Positions 27,786 through 37,664 of a stretch of 64,000 nt of DNA are shown here, one piece after another. The stretch is from an uncultured Bacilli bacterium. GTDB lineage: Bacteria; Bacillota_I; Bacilli_A; RFN20; CAG-826. The position numbers and the translations under genes were made by a program. The first letter of the stretch is position 1, and each line of letters starts with the position of its first letter. The stretch covers positions 117,365-181,364 of the forward strand of contig CALVXI010000001.1 of assembly GCA_944368975.1 (NCBI GenBank). Direction: 5' to 3'. The notes under the pieces are model-generated. The model was given only the letters and a program-made list of their open reading frames with translations. It searched no databases and was not told the origin of the DNA.

Positions 27786-28645
27786 TGAGTAAATCTTTTT
27801 CATCCTCAATTAGAGTAAGAAAAAATATTAGATTAACATTAACTTATATAGTTTTAGCTATAATTAGTGTTATTTGGTTAATTCCATTTGTTTATATTAT
27901 TGCTCAATCTTTATCAGTAGATACTGCTAATTTTAGTGTCTTTTTCCCTGATGAATGGACATTTGATAATTATATTCTTTTATTTACTGATCAAAGTAAA
28001 CCATTCTGGAGATGGTGGCTTAACACATTTATTATCGCCGGATGTACATGTATTATTCAAACTCTTATTACATTAGCTACATCCTATGCCTTCTCAAGAC
28101 TTAGATTTAAATCAAGAAAATTTATTATGAAAACATTCTTAATTATTGGAATGTTCCCAAGCTTCTTAACAATGATTATTAACTATTTCTTGTTAGATAT
28201 CTTAGGTTTATCTTCATCTATATTTGGACTTGTTTTAATTTATTGTGCTAGTAGTGCAATGGGTTATTACATTGCTAAAGGATTCTTTGATACAATCCCT
28301 AAGTCACTTGATGAAGCGGCTATGATTGATGGTGCTAATAAAAATACAATTTTCTTTAAAATTATTTTGCCTTTAAGTAAACCAATTGTTGTTTATACAG
28401 TATTAATGGCTTTCACTGGTCCTTGGGGAGACTTTATGATGGCAAGTTATATTGCTCAAGGTGATGTTCAACTTATGAACGTAGCTGTCGGTTTACAAAA
28501 CTTAGCATTAGTTGGTGAAATTACTAAATATTTCTCTAGATTCTGTGCAGGTGGCGTCGTAACATCTATTCCAATTATGATTTTATTCTTCTGGTTACAA
28601 AGATATTATGTTGAAGGCGTTACTGGAGGAGCAGTTAAAGGATAA
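27785..28645 (+). CDS. Maltodextrin ABC transporter permease (MalG type)
   Basis: 286 aa with 6 TM helices. EAA loop LDEAAMIDGANKNTIFFKIILPLSKP. The start overlaps the upstream stop (TAATG). Confidence 0.85.
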   Translation: MSKSFSSSIRVRKNIRLTLTYIVLAIISVIWLIPFVYIIAQSLSVDTANFSVFFPDEWTFDNYILLFTDQSKPFWRWWLNTFIIAGCTCIIQTLITLATSYAFSRLRFKSRKFIMKTFLIIGMFPSFLTMIINYFLLDILGLSSSIFGLVLIYCASSAMGYYIAKGFFDTIPKSLDEAAMIDGANKNTIFFKIILPLSKPIVVYTVLMAFTGPWGDFMMASYIAQGDVQLMNVAVGLQNLALVGEITKYFSRFCAGGVVTSIPIMILFFWLQRYYVEGVTGGAVKG

Positions 28646-28647
28646 TT

Positions 28648-30225
28648 ATGTTTAGAAGTAGAAAAATTAAATTTTATAGTTTAACTTTACTATCTTCGAT
28701 TTTATTAATCGGATGTGGTCCAAAAAGTTTCGATCCTGATTTTGATCCAAAAACAGTTGAAATTATTGATGATAATTATCGTAATTATTATGAAATTTTC
28801 GTCGCTAGTTTTGCCGATAGTGATGGAGATGGAATGGGCGATCTTAATGGAGTAACTTCTAAATTAGACTACATTCAAGATTTAGGATTTACTGGTATTT
28901 GGTTAATGCCAATAAATGAAAGTAGTTCCTATCATAAATATAATGTTGATGATTATTATAAGATCGATGAAGATTATGGGACAATGGAAGATTTTGAAAA
29001 TCTTATTGAAGAAGCCCATAAAAGAGATATTAAAGTTATCATCGATTTAGTATTAAATCATAGTGGTAATAGAAATGAATGGTTTGGAAAAAGTTATCGT
29101 GCTTATTCTAAAAAGATTAAAAATCAACCATTAACAGAAGAAGAAGAAAAATTTGCGACTTTATATTCTTTTAGTGAAACACAATTAAATGGTTATCAAC
29201 AAGTTCCTGGTTTTTCATTTTATTATGAGGCTAATTTCTCAAATGATATGCCAGAATTTAATTGGGATTCAGAATTCTTTACTGAAACTTGGCATGACAT
29301 AGTTGATTTCTATAATGAATTAGGTGTTGATGGATATCGTTTAGATGCAGTTAAATATTATTATTTAAATGATGATACGAAAAATGTTGAAGCTTTAAAA
29401 GCATTTAATGATTATGTCAAAACTAGTAATCCTGATGCTTATATAGTAGGTGAAAATTGGTCTGAACCAAGTAGTATTGAAAGATATTATGATAGTGAAT
29501 GTGATAGTTTCTTTGCTTTCTTTGCTTCAAGTGCAAATGGTGATGGTGGATTTATCAAGGATAGCTTATATTATCAAGGTTATCCTGCTAAATATTTAAG
29601 TGGACTTAAAGAACTTGAAAGAGTTTCTATTAAAGGTATCGCTGCACCATTTTTAGATAATCATGATATGGGAAGAATTCGGTTATCTTCTCAACCAAAT
29701 TGGAATAAATTCATGTATGGATTACTATCAATGTTACCTGGAACAACTTTCACTTATTATGGAGATGAAATTAATATGAGTGGCGGTCAAAAGCCAGATC
29801 AAAATTATCGTATCCATATGGATTGGGGTGATCCAACTATTGAAACAGAAGATCCTAAAGGAACTACTATAAACGAATATGATTATCCTAACGTTAAAGA
29901 TCAATATTTAGATGCTAATAGCAAATTAAACTATGTTAAAAAAGCAAATTATTTAAGAAATACAATAAAAGAAATTGCTAGAGGCTCATTAACTAATGAA
30001 AAAATAGATGAAATTAATAAATATTTAGTTTTAGAAAAAACTTATAATAACGAAAAGATTTATATTTTATTAAACTTTAATGAAAATAGCGAAGTTGAGA
30101 TTGATTTATCTTCTATTAGTTATCAAGAAGTAATTGGTGAATTAAATATGAATTATTTTGATAAAGCAACGATTAATAATAAAGTTGCAACATTAAAACC
30201 TTATGGCATTTTAATTTTAAAATAG
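28648..30225 (+). CDS. Extracellular lipoprotein alpha-amylase-family enzyme (GH13)
   Basis: Lipobox LLIGC. GH13 regions DLVLNHSG (I), GVDGYRLDAVKYY (II), IVGENW (III) and FLDNHDMGR (IV). Confidence 0.85.
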   Translation: MFRSRKIKFYSLTLLSSILLIGCGPKSFDPDFDPKTVEIIDDNYRNYYEIFVASFADSDGDGMGDLNGVTSKLDYIQDLGFTGIWLMPINESSSYHKYNVDDYYKIDEDYGTMEDFENLIEEAHKRDIKVIIDLVLNHSGNRNEWFGKSYRAYSKKIKNQPLTEEEEKFATLYSFSETQLNGYQQVPGFSFYYEANFSNDMPEFNWDSEFFTETWHDIVDFYNELGVDGYRLDAVKYYYLNDDTKNVEALKAFNDYVKTSNPDAYIVGENWSEPSSIERYYDSECDSFFAFFASSANGDGGFIKDSLYYQGYPAKYLSGLKELERVSIKGIAAPFLDNHDMGRIRLSSQPNWNKFMYGLLSMLPGTTFTYYGDEINMSGGQKPDQNYRIHMDWGDPTIETEDPKGTTINEYDYPNVKDQYLDANSKLNYVKKANYLRNTIKEIARGSLTNEKIDEINKYLVLEKTYNNEKIYILLNFNENSEVEIDLSSISYQEVIGELNMNYFDKATINNKVATLKPYGILILK

Positions 30226-30234
30226 GAGAAAAAT

Positions 30235-32790
30235 ATGGCAGGTTTAAAATTAGAACATATTTATAAAGTTTATCCTAATGGAACTAAAGCAGTAAGTGAT
30301 TTTACAATGGACATTCAAGACCAAGAATTTATTGTTTTTGTTGGTCCTAGTGGTTGTGGTAAATCTACTACTTTAAGAATGATTGCTGGCTTAGAAGAAA
30401 TTAGTGCTGGTGAACTTTATATTGATGACAGAATTGTAAATGATGTTGAACCAAAAGATAGAGATATTGCGATGGTTTTCCAAAACTATGCTCTTTATCC
30501 ACATATGACAGTTTATGAAAATATGGCTTTTGGTTTACAACTTAGACATATGCCTACAGAAGAAATTCATGAAAAAGTTATGTGGGCAGCTGAAGTTTTA
30601 GGTTTAACTGATTATTTAGATAGAAAACCTAAAGCGATGAGTGGTGGTCAAAGACAAAGAGTTGCTTTAGGAAGAGCTATTTTAAGAAATCCTAAAGTAA
30701 TGTTATTAGATGAACCATTAAGTAATCTTGATGCAAAATTACGTGCTCAAATGAGAAGTGAAATTGCTAAACTTCATAAACAACTTAAAACTACTTTTAT
30801 TTATGTTACTCATGATCAAATTGAAGCTATGACTTTAGGAAGTAGAGTTGTTGTTATGAAATTAGGAAGAATTCAACAAGTTGATACACCTAAAAACTTA
30901 TATGATTACCCAGGAAATAAATTCGTTGCTGGATTCATTGGAACTCCACAAATGAATTTCTTTGAAGGAACATTATTAGATTTAGGAAAAGAAGTTGAAA
31001 TTACTTTCAAATATAGCGATGCTAAAATTTATATTCCAAGAGAACAATTAACTAAAGTTAATTATGAATATCTTGATGGAAAACATGATGTTTATATCGG
31101 TATTAGATGTGAAAATATTGCTGAAGCTAGTAAAGATGATGATCCTAAACTTTGTATTGATTGTAAAGTATCTCACTTTGAAGAACTTGGCAATGAAACT
31201 TTAATTTATGGCGATATCAATATGCAAGGTGATGGATTTAAAGAAACATCAACTCGTGTTATCTTTAAAGGCACACCAAATAACAATATTAAAATTGATA
31301 ATGTTGTAAAAATTAAATTAGATGCTAGTAAACTTCATTTCTTTGATAAAGAAACTGAAGAAAGTATTTCTTTAAGAATTCCTAAAGAAAATATCTTACT
31401 TTCTAAGATTGAAGGTTCTAAATTAGTTTTAGGTGATAAAGAAGTTACTTTACCTAAGGCTATTACTTCTAAATTAAGTGGGAATACTACTGGTAAATGT
31501 TTATTTAGTTTAGATGCTATCTTATTAAATGAAGGAAAAGAAAAAGCTACTATCGTTAATATTGAAGAAGTTAATGGAAATTATTTATTACATCTAAAAT
31601 ATGGAAATAACTTAATTTTCACTTTTGGTAAAAAAGAAAATAAAGTTAATGAAGTCGTTAAATTTGATATTGACTATACAAAAGTTAAATTTATCGATGA
31701 AAATGGTAATAAAGTAATCGAAGAACTTCCTGAATTTGATAAAGTTTATGGTAATTTTGTTAACTTAAATACATATTTATATAAAACTCATGATGAATCA
31801 ATTACTCATGAAATTGAAGAATTAAAAGTTAAAATTAATAGTGAATATGATACTAAAGTTAACGAAGTTAAAGCAAAATACACTGCATTAAAAGAAGAAG
31901 TTTCTAAAAAAGATTACACTTCAATTAATAAAGAAAATAATGAAGAATTAGCTGTTAAAACTCAAAAATATAAAGATCAAGTTAATGTTTTAAAAGCTGA
32001 ATTAAAAGCTAAACTCACTAGTGAGAAAAATGATTATAAAGCTAAAGTAAAAGAAACAAAAGATAGAATTATGTCTCAATATAGAGATATGTTCTATAAT
32101 GAAAAATCTACTTATCTTGATATTAAAAATAATAATAAAGATAAAGATGCAATTAAAAGAGCTCGTGCTGAATTCTTAGAAAGAAAAGAAAATCTTCCTA
32201 AAGAAAGAGAAAATGAAATTAATAATGCTATTAATTCATTAGCTTTAAATTATGAAACAGCTACTAGTGCTTTAAAATCTGGTTTTAAAAGAGAAAAATT
32301 AGCTCTTAAAAAATCTTTAAATGAACTTATTGAAAAAGCTAAAAAAGATAAAGAACCACTTAAACATATTGGAAAAGAAGAAACTAATGAAATTAGTGTT
32401 TTAGAAAAAGAAAGAAAAGAAGCTCTTTCTAAAGCTGCTATTAGATTCTATTTCGATATTAATAATACTTATTTTGAATGTAATGAATTAATTTCTAATA
32501 AGATTATTCAAGCACTAGGAACAAAGGTCTTTATTAAAAAATATTTATTTAAATTACCACACGATTCTTATTTATTAAAAGATAAAGGTATTGAAGCTAT
32601 TGTTAAAGATAACTTAGATTATGGTAATAAACAATTTGCAGTTTGTGAATGTGATTCTCTTAGCGGAAAGAAAGAAACATTAATCTTAGAAACTAAGAAA
32701 CCATTAGAAGTTGATAGTAAAGTTTATGTTGATATTGACTTTACAAAGAGCCATATAATCGAAACTGGCTTAGATATTAGATTATATTAA
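30235..32790 (+). CDS. MsmX/MalK-type ABC ATPase fused to a ~476-aa C-terminal extension (extra TOBE-like modules plus coiled coil)
   Basis: aa 1-375 are canonical: GPSGCGKST, MSGGQRQRVALGRA, VMLLDEPLSNLD and YVTHDQ, with TOBE end VKIKLDASKLHFFDKE. aa 376-851 are additional and include VVKFDIDYTKVKFIDEN, a K/E-rich helical region (~aa 520-735) and KVYVDIDFTKSHIIETG. Confidence 0.85.
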   Translation: MAGLKLEHIYKVYPNGTKAVSDFTMDIQDQEFIVFVGPSGCGKSTTLRMIAGLEEISAGELYIDDRIVNDVEPKDRDIAMVFQNYALYPHMTVYENMAFGLQLRHMPTEEIHEKVMWAAEVLGLTDYLDRKPKAMSGGQRQRVALGRAILRNPKVMLLDEPLSNLDAKLRAQMRSEIAKLHKQLKTTFIYVTHDQIEAMTLGSRVVVMKLGRIQQVDTPKNLYDYPGNKFVAGFIGTPQMNFFEGTLLDLGKEVEITFKYSDAKIYIPREQLTKVNYEYLDGKHDVYIGIRCENIAEASKDDDPKLCIDCKVSHFEELGNETLIYGDINMQGDGFKETSTRVIFKGTPNNNIKIDNVVKIKLDASKLHFFDKETEESISLRIPKENILLSKIEGSKLVLGDKEVTLPKAITSKLSGNTTGKCLFSLDAILLNEGKEKATIVNIEEVNGNYLLHLKYGNNLIFTFGKKENKVNEVVKFDIDYTKVKFIDENGNKVIEELPEFDKVYGNFVNLNTYLYKTHDESITHEIEELKVKINSEYDTKVNEVKAKYTALKEEVSKKDYTSINKENNEELAVKTQKYKDQVNVLKAELKAKLTSEKNDYKAKVKETKDRIMSQYRDMFYNEKSTYLDIKNNNKDKDAIKRARAEFLERKENLPKERENEINNAINSLALNYETATSALKSGFKREKLALKKSLNELIEKAKKDKEPLKHIGKEETNEISVLEKERKEALSKAAIRFYFDINNTYFECNELISNKIIQALGTKVFIKKYLFKLPHDSYLLKDKGIEAIVKDNLDYGNKQFAVCECDSLSGKKETLILETKKPLEVDSKVYVDIDFTKSHIIETGLDIRLY

Positions 32791-32815
32791 TTTCATTAAA
32801 TGAGGAGGTTAAATT

Positions 32816-34096
32816 ATGAAATTAACAAGAATATTATTATTAGCAGTACCTGCTTTAATGCTTGGAGTTACTGCTTGTAATCCTGAAGAAGGAGAAGGCG
32901 GAGGAGGCGGAACTACTGCTACAATTCCTACCGAAGAAGGAAAAACAACTCTTTACTTTAATTTAACAAGTGAAGACAATGTTTTAACTAATGATTATAC
33001 AACTATCTGGGGAACAGGTGGTTATAATGGATGGAAAACTGGAGCTGAATCAACTGAATTTAAACCGGTTTCTGAAGGAAGTTCAACTTGGTATGCTATA
33101 GTTGATACATGGGATACAACTGCTGAACAAGGTTTAGAAATTATGCTCATGCTTGGTTATAAAGCTGACTTACTTAATCCTGGTTTAATTTGGTCAAATG
33201 GCGACCAATATAAAGCTGCTGGATATGATATTCCTGGCGGCCCAAATATGACATTTACTGTTGAAGATGGTAAAGCTAATTTAGGTGATATTAGTTTTAA
33301 TGCTGAATTACCTGAACCAGTTGAAAACATTATGTTTACTCCAAAAATTACATTTAAAGATACATTACCAGATTATGTTAATGTTTATTTAAAAGGAACA
33401 TTTACTAATGTTGATGGCGTTAGTGGATGGGATTTCACTCAAGATATGGCTTATTGTAAAACTATGGATCACAAATCATTTACCTTAAGTCAAGCCGTTT
33501 ATGCTAGACCAGATAGTGAAGTTGTAATTCATGTTCTTTTAACAAATGCCGCTCCAGTCGAAGGCGAAGCTATTACTGATTATACTTATTCATATAAATT
33601 TGATAGTAGAGAGGGGGAAAATGGCAATGCTCCAAGTGTTACTGTTACTTTAGAAGATAATAATAAAATCGTTACATTAGCTGATGCTCTTGAAGTGGAA
33701 TTACCTCCAGATCCAAGTAGTGCCACTGTTACTAGTATTACTGGTAATATTACTGAAGTTGAAGGTGCTGCTTTACCAGCCGATACTAAATATTATGTCG
33801 TCGGTGGTTATAATGAATGGGGAAATCCAACAGTAGAATTAACTGAAACTGCCACTGGTTATACATTTACTATTGATGAAGAAGATATGACTTCAACTAT
33901 TTATGTTGGTGGATCAGTTGAAATTAAATTAGTTCAAGTAGTAGCTGAAACTGGTGCTCCAAATTGGGATACAGCAATCGGAGTTGATGGTGGAGGAAAT
34001 TACAAAGTTACTTGTGACGTAGCTACACCAACAGCTAGTATTGAACTTTATACAGTTACACCTGCTGAAGGTGATGCTTATCTTTGCTTAAGATAA
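32816..34096 (+). CDS. Surface lipoprotein with starch-binding-module-like repeats
   Basis: Lipobox GVTAC followed by NPEEGEGGGGG linker. Three G-x-x-N/G-x-W-type segments (WGTGGYNGWKTG, GTFTNVDGVSGWDF, VVGGYNEWGNP) are reminiscent of starch-binding CBMs. GAGGAGG RBS. Confidence 0.5.
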   Translation: MKLTRILLLAVPALMLGVTACNPEEGEGGGGGTTATIPTEEGKTTLYFNLTSEDNVLTNDYTTIWGTGGYNGWKTGAESTEFKPVSEGSSTWYAIVDTWDTTAEQGLEIMLMLGYKADLLNPGLIWSNGDQYKAAGYDIPGGPNMTFTVEDGKANLGDISFNAELPEPVENIMFTPKITFKDTLPDYVNVYLKGTFTNVDGVSGWDFTQDMAYCKTMDHKSFTLSQAVYARPDSEVVIHVLLTNAAPVEGEAITDYTYSYKFDSREGENGNAPSVTVTLEDNNKIVTLADALEVELPPDPSSATVTSITGNITEVEGAALPADTKYYVVGGYNEWGNPTVELTETATGYTFTIDEEDMTSTIYVGGSVEIKLVQVVAETGAPNWDTAIGVDGGGNYKVTCDVATPTASIELYTVTPAEGDAYLCLR

Positions 34097-34123
34097 TTTA
34101 ATAAAAGTTTACAAAAAAAGATT

Positions 34124-34154
34124 ATATTTGAGCCTCATTAAGAGGCTCAAATAT
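34124..34154 (+). terminator. Inter-cistronic hairpin (possible partial terminator or processing site)
   Basis: atatttgagcctc-attaa-gaggctcaaatat (13-bp perfect stem). There is no T-run, and the GGAGG RBS of the pullulanase gene follows immediately. Confidence 0.35.
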
Positions 34155-34165
34155 ATGGAGGTATT

Positions 34166-36814
34166 ATGAGAAGTTTTAAGCTTTTAAAAGTATTTTCATT
34201 ATTTGGCTTTGCTTTTTCTTTAATTAGTTGTAATAAAGAAAATAATGAAAATAATCAAGGTTGGGAAGGAAATTTAGTAAAAGGACCAGATTTAGGTGGA
34301 AAAGATGGTGTAGCTATTAGATACCAAAGAAAAGATAAACAATATGATAAATGGGGTTTATGGATTTGGGAAAATAATGGTGGAGATGGTAAAGAATATA
34401 CTTTTAGTGAAGTCGATGATTTTGGCGGAGTATGTTTTATTCCTTTAGATAATTTTTCTAGTTCAGTATTAACTAACGGATTAGGAATTATTACTAAAAC
34501 ATTAGGTAGTTGGTCACAACAATCTGCTGATATGATTTTAGATTTTTCTTTATATAGTAAAGATGAACAAGGTTACTATAACGTTTTTACAAGAGAAAAT
34601 GATAATAAATTATATGCCACACCTGATTTTAAATTTGTTGATGAAATTTTAGATGCTAGCTTCATTAATAGTAGTACTATTGAAGTAAAGACATCTAACC
34701 CAATCTCTTCTTATAAATTTTATGAAAATGGTAATGAAATCGCTAGTGAAAGTGATATTGAAGAAACTTCAATAAGTTATCACTTTACTACTTCACATAT
34801 GCCTAATATTAAAAATAAATATAGTGTTGAAGTAACATTTAAAGATTCTAAAGAAGTACAAAGTAGTGATGTCTCTATTAGAGGTTTATATAATACTGAT
34901 TTATTTAATAATGAATATTATTATGATGGTGATCTTGGTGCAATTTACACAAGTGAAAGTACAACTTTTAAAGTATGGTCTCCATTAAGTGAAGAAATTA
35001 AATTAAGAATTTATGAAAACGGAACTCCAACAAGCGTCAATAAAGAGCTTGGTAATGATAAATATGAAGAATATCCAATGACTTTAAAAGAAAAAGGAGT
35101 TTATGAAGTTACTGTTAGTGGTGATTTAGAAGGAAAATATTATACTTATGTTGTTACTAATAGTAATTATAAAAATAAAGAAATCGTTGATCCATATGCT
35201 AAATCTACTGGTATTAATGGTTTAAGAGGTATGATTGTTGATTTTAGTAAGACTAATCCTGAAGGTTGGAATGAAGCTAGTATGAATCCTTATAGTCGAA
35301 CTGAATTAGTAATATATGAAACTCATGTTGCTGATGTCACTAGTAGTGATACTTGGGGTGGAAGTAAAGAAAATCAAAAGAAATTTTTAGGATTAAGTGA
35401 AACTAATACAACTTATCAAGATGATAATAATGTCACTGTTAAAACTGGGTTTGATCATATTAAAGATTTAGGAATAAATGCTATTCAACTTCTTCCTATT
35501 TTCGATCAACAAAATAACGAAATAGCAACTGGCGACACTGCCTTTAACTGGGGTTATAATCCATTAAATTATAATTCTTTAGATGGTATTTATAGCACTA
35601 ACCCTTATGATGGTTATAGTAAGATTAAAGAATTTAAAGAAGTAGTTAAAGCTTATAATGAAGCTGGAATTAACGTAATAATGGATGTTGTTTATAATCA
35701 CGTTAATGGAGCAACAGGTAGTAATTTTGATGTCTTAATGCCAGGATATTTCTTTAGATATAATAAAGATAATACATTAAGTAATGGTAGTGGTTGTGGT
35801 AATGAAACGGCTAGTGAAAACTTAATGTTTAGAAAATTTATGGTTGATTCAACTGAATTTTGGGCTAAAGAATATCATTTAGGTGGCTTTAGATTCGATT
35901 TAATGGGTTTACATGATATTGAAACAATGAATGAAATAGCTTCTAACTTAAAAGAAAATTATAATGAAAATGTCTTTATTCATGGTGAACCTTGGACTGG
36001 TGGAACTACTCCATTAACTAGTAGTGAACAAGCAAAACAAGATAATTTATCTAAATTTGTTGGTTATGGTGCTTTTAATGATAAATTTAGAGACGGATTA
36101 ATTAAAGGTGGTCTTAATAGTGTTACTACTAAAGGTTGGGCAACTAGTTTAAATGCTACTAGAGTTAATAGTAGTGATTATAATTTAATTACAAGTGGTA
36201 TTATGGGTAAAACTGGGGCTATCGATGATGATCCATTAAAAACAACAAATTATGTAACGTGTCATGATAACTATACTCTTTATGATCGAATTAAAGGAAC
36301 TAATTTTACTGGAAGTGATGAAGAAATTGCTAAAATGGCTACTTTAGCTAATGCCGTAACATTTACTAGTGAAGGAACTTCATTTATACTTGCAGGAGAA
36401 GAAATGTTAAGAACTAAAGATGGAGATGGTAATTCTTATGAATCTGGTTATAAAGTTAATGAATTAGATTATTCTAGACTGATTACTTTTAGTGATTTAT
36501 ATGAAAACTATAAATCTTTAATTGAATTAAAAACTACTTTTGGTGGTTTAAATTATGAAACTAGTGAAGAAATTGAAGCTAACTTAACATTTAATCAAGA
36601 TAATTATAGTTATAAGAAGATTGATTATAGTATTAATTATAATAACGAAACTTATCGATTTATTCATGTTAGTAGTGCAAATATTACTAATGTCACTATT
36701 GATTTAAGTGGTTATGAATTAATTTTAGATACTTTAGGTTTAGATAATGCATCTAATTTAAGTGATTATCCATTAAGTAGTTGTCAAAGTATTGTATTAA
36801 GAAAGGTTGCTTAA
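34166..36814 (+). CDS. pulA: Type I pullulanase lipoprotein (GH13, with N-terminal carbohydrate-binding domains)
   Basis: Lipobox SLISC. FNWGYNPLNY (the YNWGYDP motif), DVVYNHV, GFRFDLMG, HGEPW and YVTCHDN. The N-terminal IRYQRKDKQYDKWGLWIWE is typical of pullulanase N-domains. Confidence 0.9.
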   Translation: MRSFKLLKVFSLFGFAFSLISCNKENNENNQGWEGNLVKGPDLGGKDGVAIRYQRKDKQYDKWGLWIWENNGGDGKEYTFSEVDDFGGVCFIPLDNFSSSVLTNGLGIITKTLGSWSQQSADMILDFSLYSKDEQGYYNVFTRENDNKLYATPDFKFVDEILDASFINSSTIEVKTSNPISSYKFYENGNEIASESDIEETSISYHFTTSHMPNIKNKYSVEVTFKDSKEVQSSDVSIRGLYNTDLFNNEYYYDGDLGAIYTSESTTFKVWSPLSEEIKLRIYENGTPTSVNKELGNDKYEEYPMTLKEKGVYEVTVSGDLEGKYYTYVVTNSNYKNKEIVDPYAKSTGINGLRGMIVDFSKTNPEGWNEASMNPYSRTELVIYETHVADVTSSDTWGGSKENQKKFLGLSETNTTYQDDNNVTVKTGFDHIKDLGINAIQLLPIFDQQNNEIATGDTAFNWGYNPLNYNSLDGIYSTNPYDGYSKIKEFKEVVKAYNEAGINVIMDVVYNHVNGATGSNFDVLMPGYFFRYNKDNTLSNGSGCGNETASENLMFRKFMVDSTEFWAKEYHLGGFRFDLMGLHDIETMNEIASNLKENYNENVFIHGEPWTGGTTPLTSSEQAKQDNLSKFVGYGAFNDKFRDGLIKGGLNSVTTKGWATSLNATRVNSSDYNLITSGIMGKTGAIDDDPLKTTNYVTCHDNYTLYDRIKGTNFTGSDEEIAKMATLANAVTFTSEGTSFILAGEEMLRTKDGDGNSYESGYKVNELDYSRLITFSDLYENYKSLIELKTTFGGLNYETSEEIEANLTFNQDNYSYKKIDYSINYNNETYRFIHVSSANITNVTIDLSGYELILDTLGLDNASNLSDYPLSSCQSIVLRKVA

Positions 36815-37570
36815 TTGCATAAAATGAATCTAAAGAAATATTTTATATTTATACCTTTAACTCTTTTATTAATAAGTTGTGATAATAATGTACCACTTGA
36901 AATAGCTAATATTGTTAATGGTTTTAGTATTGAAAAAGCTTTATTAAATGATACAACGTGTTCTTTAAATTATTTAGAAACTCATTATGAATATGATAAT
37001 GATTTTAAAGAAATAAAAGTCTATTCAAATGAAGTAGAAGTATCTTTTGATTCATCAAGCGAAGAAAATTATTATTATTACATTAAAGAAACTACTAATA
37101 ACATTAAAGAAAATAATGTTATTAGTAGTGAAATTCTTGCTAGGTATATTGAAGTTGATAAATATGAGTTATCTACTAAAGATAGTGATGGATTAAATAT
37201 TGAAACTATATCTAAATTATCAATGCAAGAAAATTTAACTGAATTTTATTACCGTGAAGCTAGTAATGAAATGTATAGTGGTGGATTATATTTTGGAGAT
37301 GAATTTAAGATTAATATTAATCAATATATTTATATGGATATAATTGATGGATATTTAACTTACACATTAGAATATACGCAATTTGATAAATTACCATTTT
37401 TACAGAAGTTAAGTTATGATGTTGATGGTGTTGGAATGGTTAAAAATTTTTATCAAGAAATTATTGAATTTGAACATAATGATATAACAACAGCTAAACC
37501 TATAAGAAAAAATATATTTACATTAACTTCAATATATAATCAAAAACTTAATAAACTAGAGAATTTATAA
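36815..37570 (+). CDS. Lipoprotein of unknown function (last gene of the starch locus)
   Basis: Lipobox LLLISC. A TTG start at 36815 has AAAGG 8 nt upstream, and ATG 36824 is an alternative start. No recognisable domain. Confidence 0.5.
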   Translation: MHKMNLKKYFIFIPLTLLLISCDNNVPLEIANIVNGFSIEKALLNDTTCSLNYLETHYEYDNDFKEIKVYSNEVEVSFDSSSEENYYYYIKETTNNIKENNVISSEILARYIEVDKYELSTKDSDGLNIETISKLSMQENLTEFYYREASNEMYSGGLYFGDEFKININQYIYMDIIDGYLTYTLEYTQFDKLPFLQKLSYDVDGVGMVKNFYQEIIEFEHNDITTAKPIRKNIFTLTSIYNQKLNKLENL

Positions 37571-37574
37571 ATAG

Positions 37575-37602
37575 ATTATTATCTAATTAATTAGATAATA
37601 AT
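37575..37602 (+). terminator. Perfect 28-nt palindrome after the starch locus (putative terminator)
   Basis: attattatctaatt/aattagataataat followed by tttt. The stem is AT-only, so it is thermodynamically weak. Confidence 0.4.
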
Positions 37603-37664
37603 TTTATAAATAAATTTATATTTTTAATCTAAATTATTATTAAAAATTATAATATAATACTTTT

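Noticed and set aside
12817-31360. The two MsmX-like ATPase genes as a recent duplication or recombination substrate
   Set aside because: The proteins are clearly paralogous, but the DNA differs at most synonymous positions where I compared them (for example around FVAGFIGTPQMNF). There is no evidence of a recent repeat.
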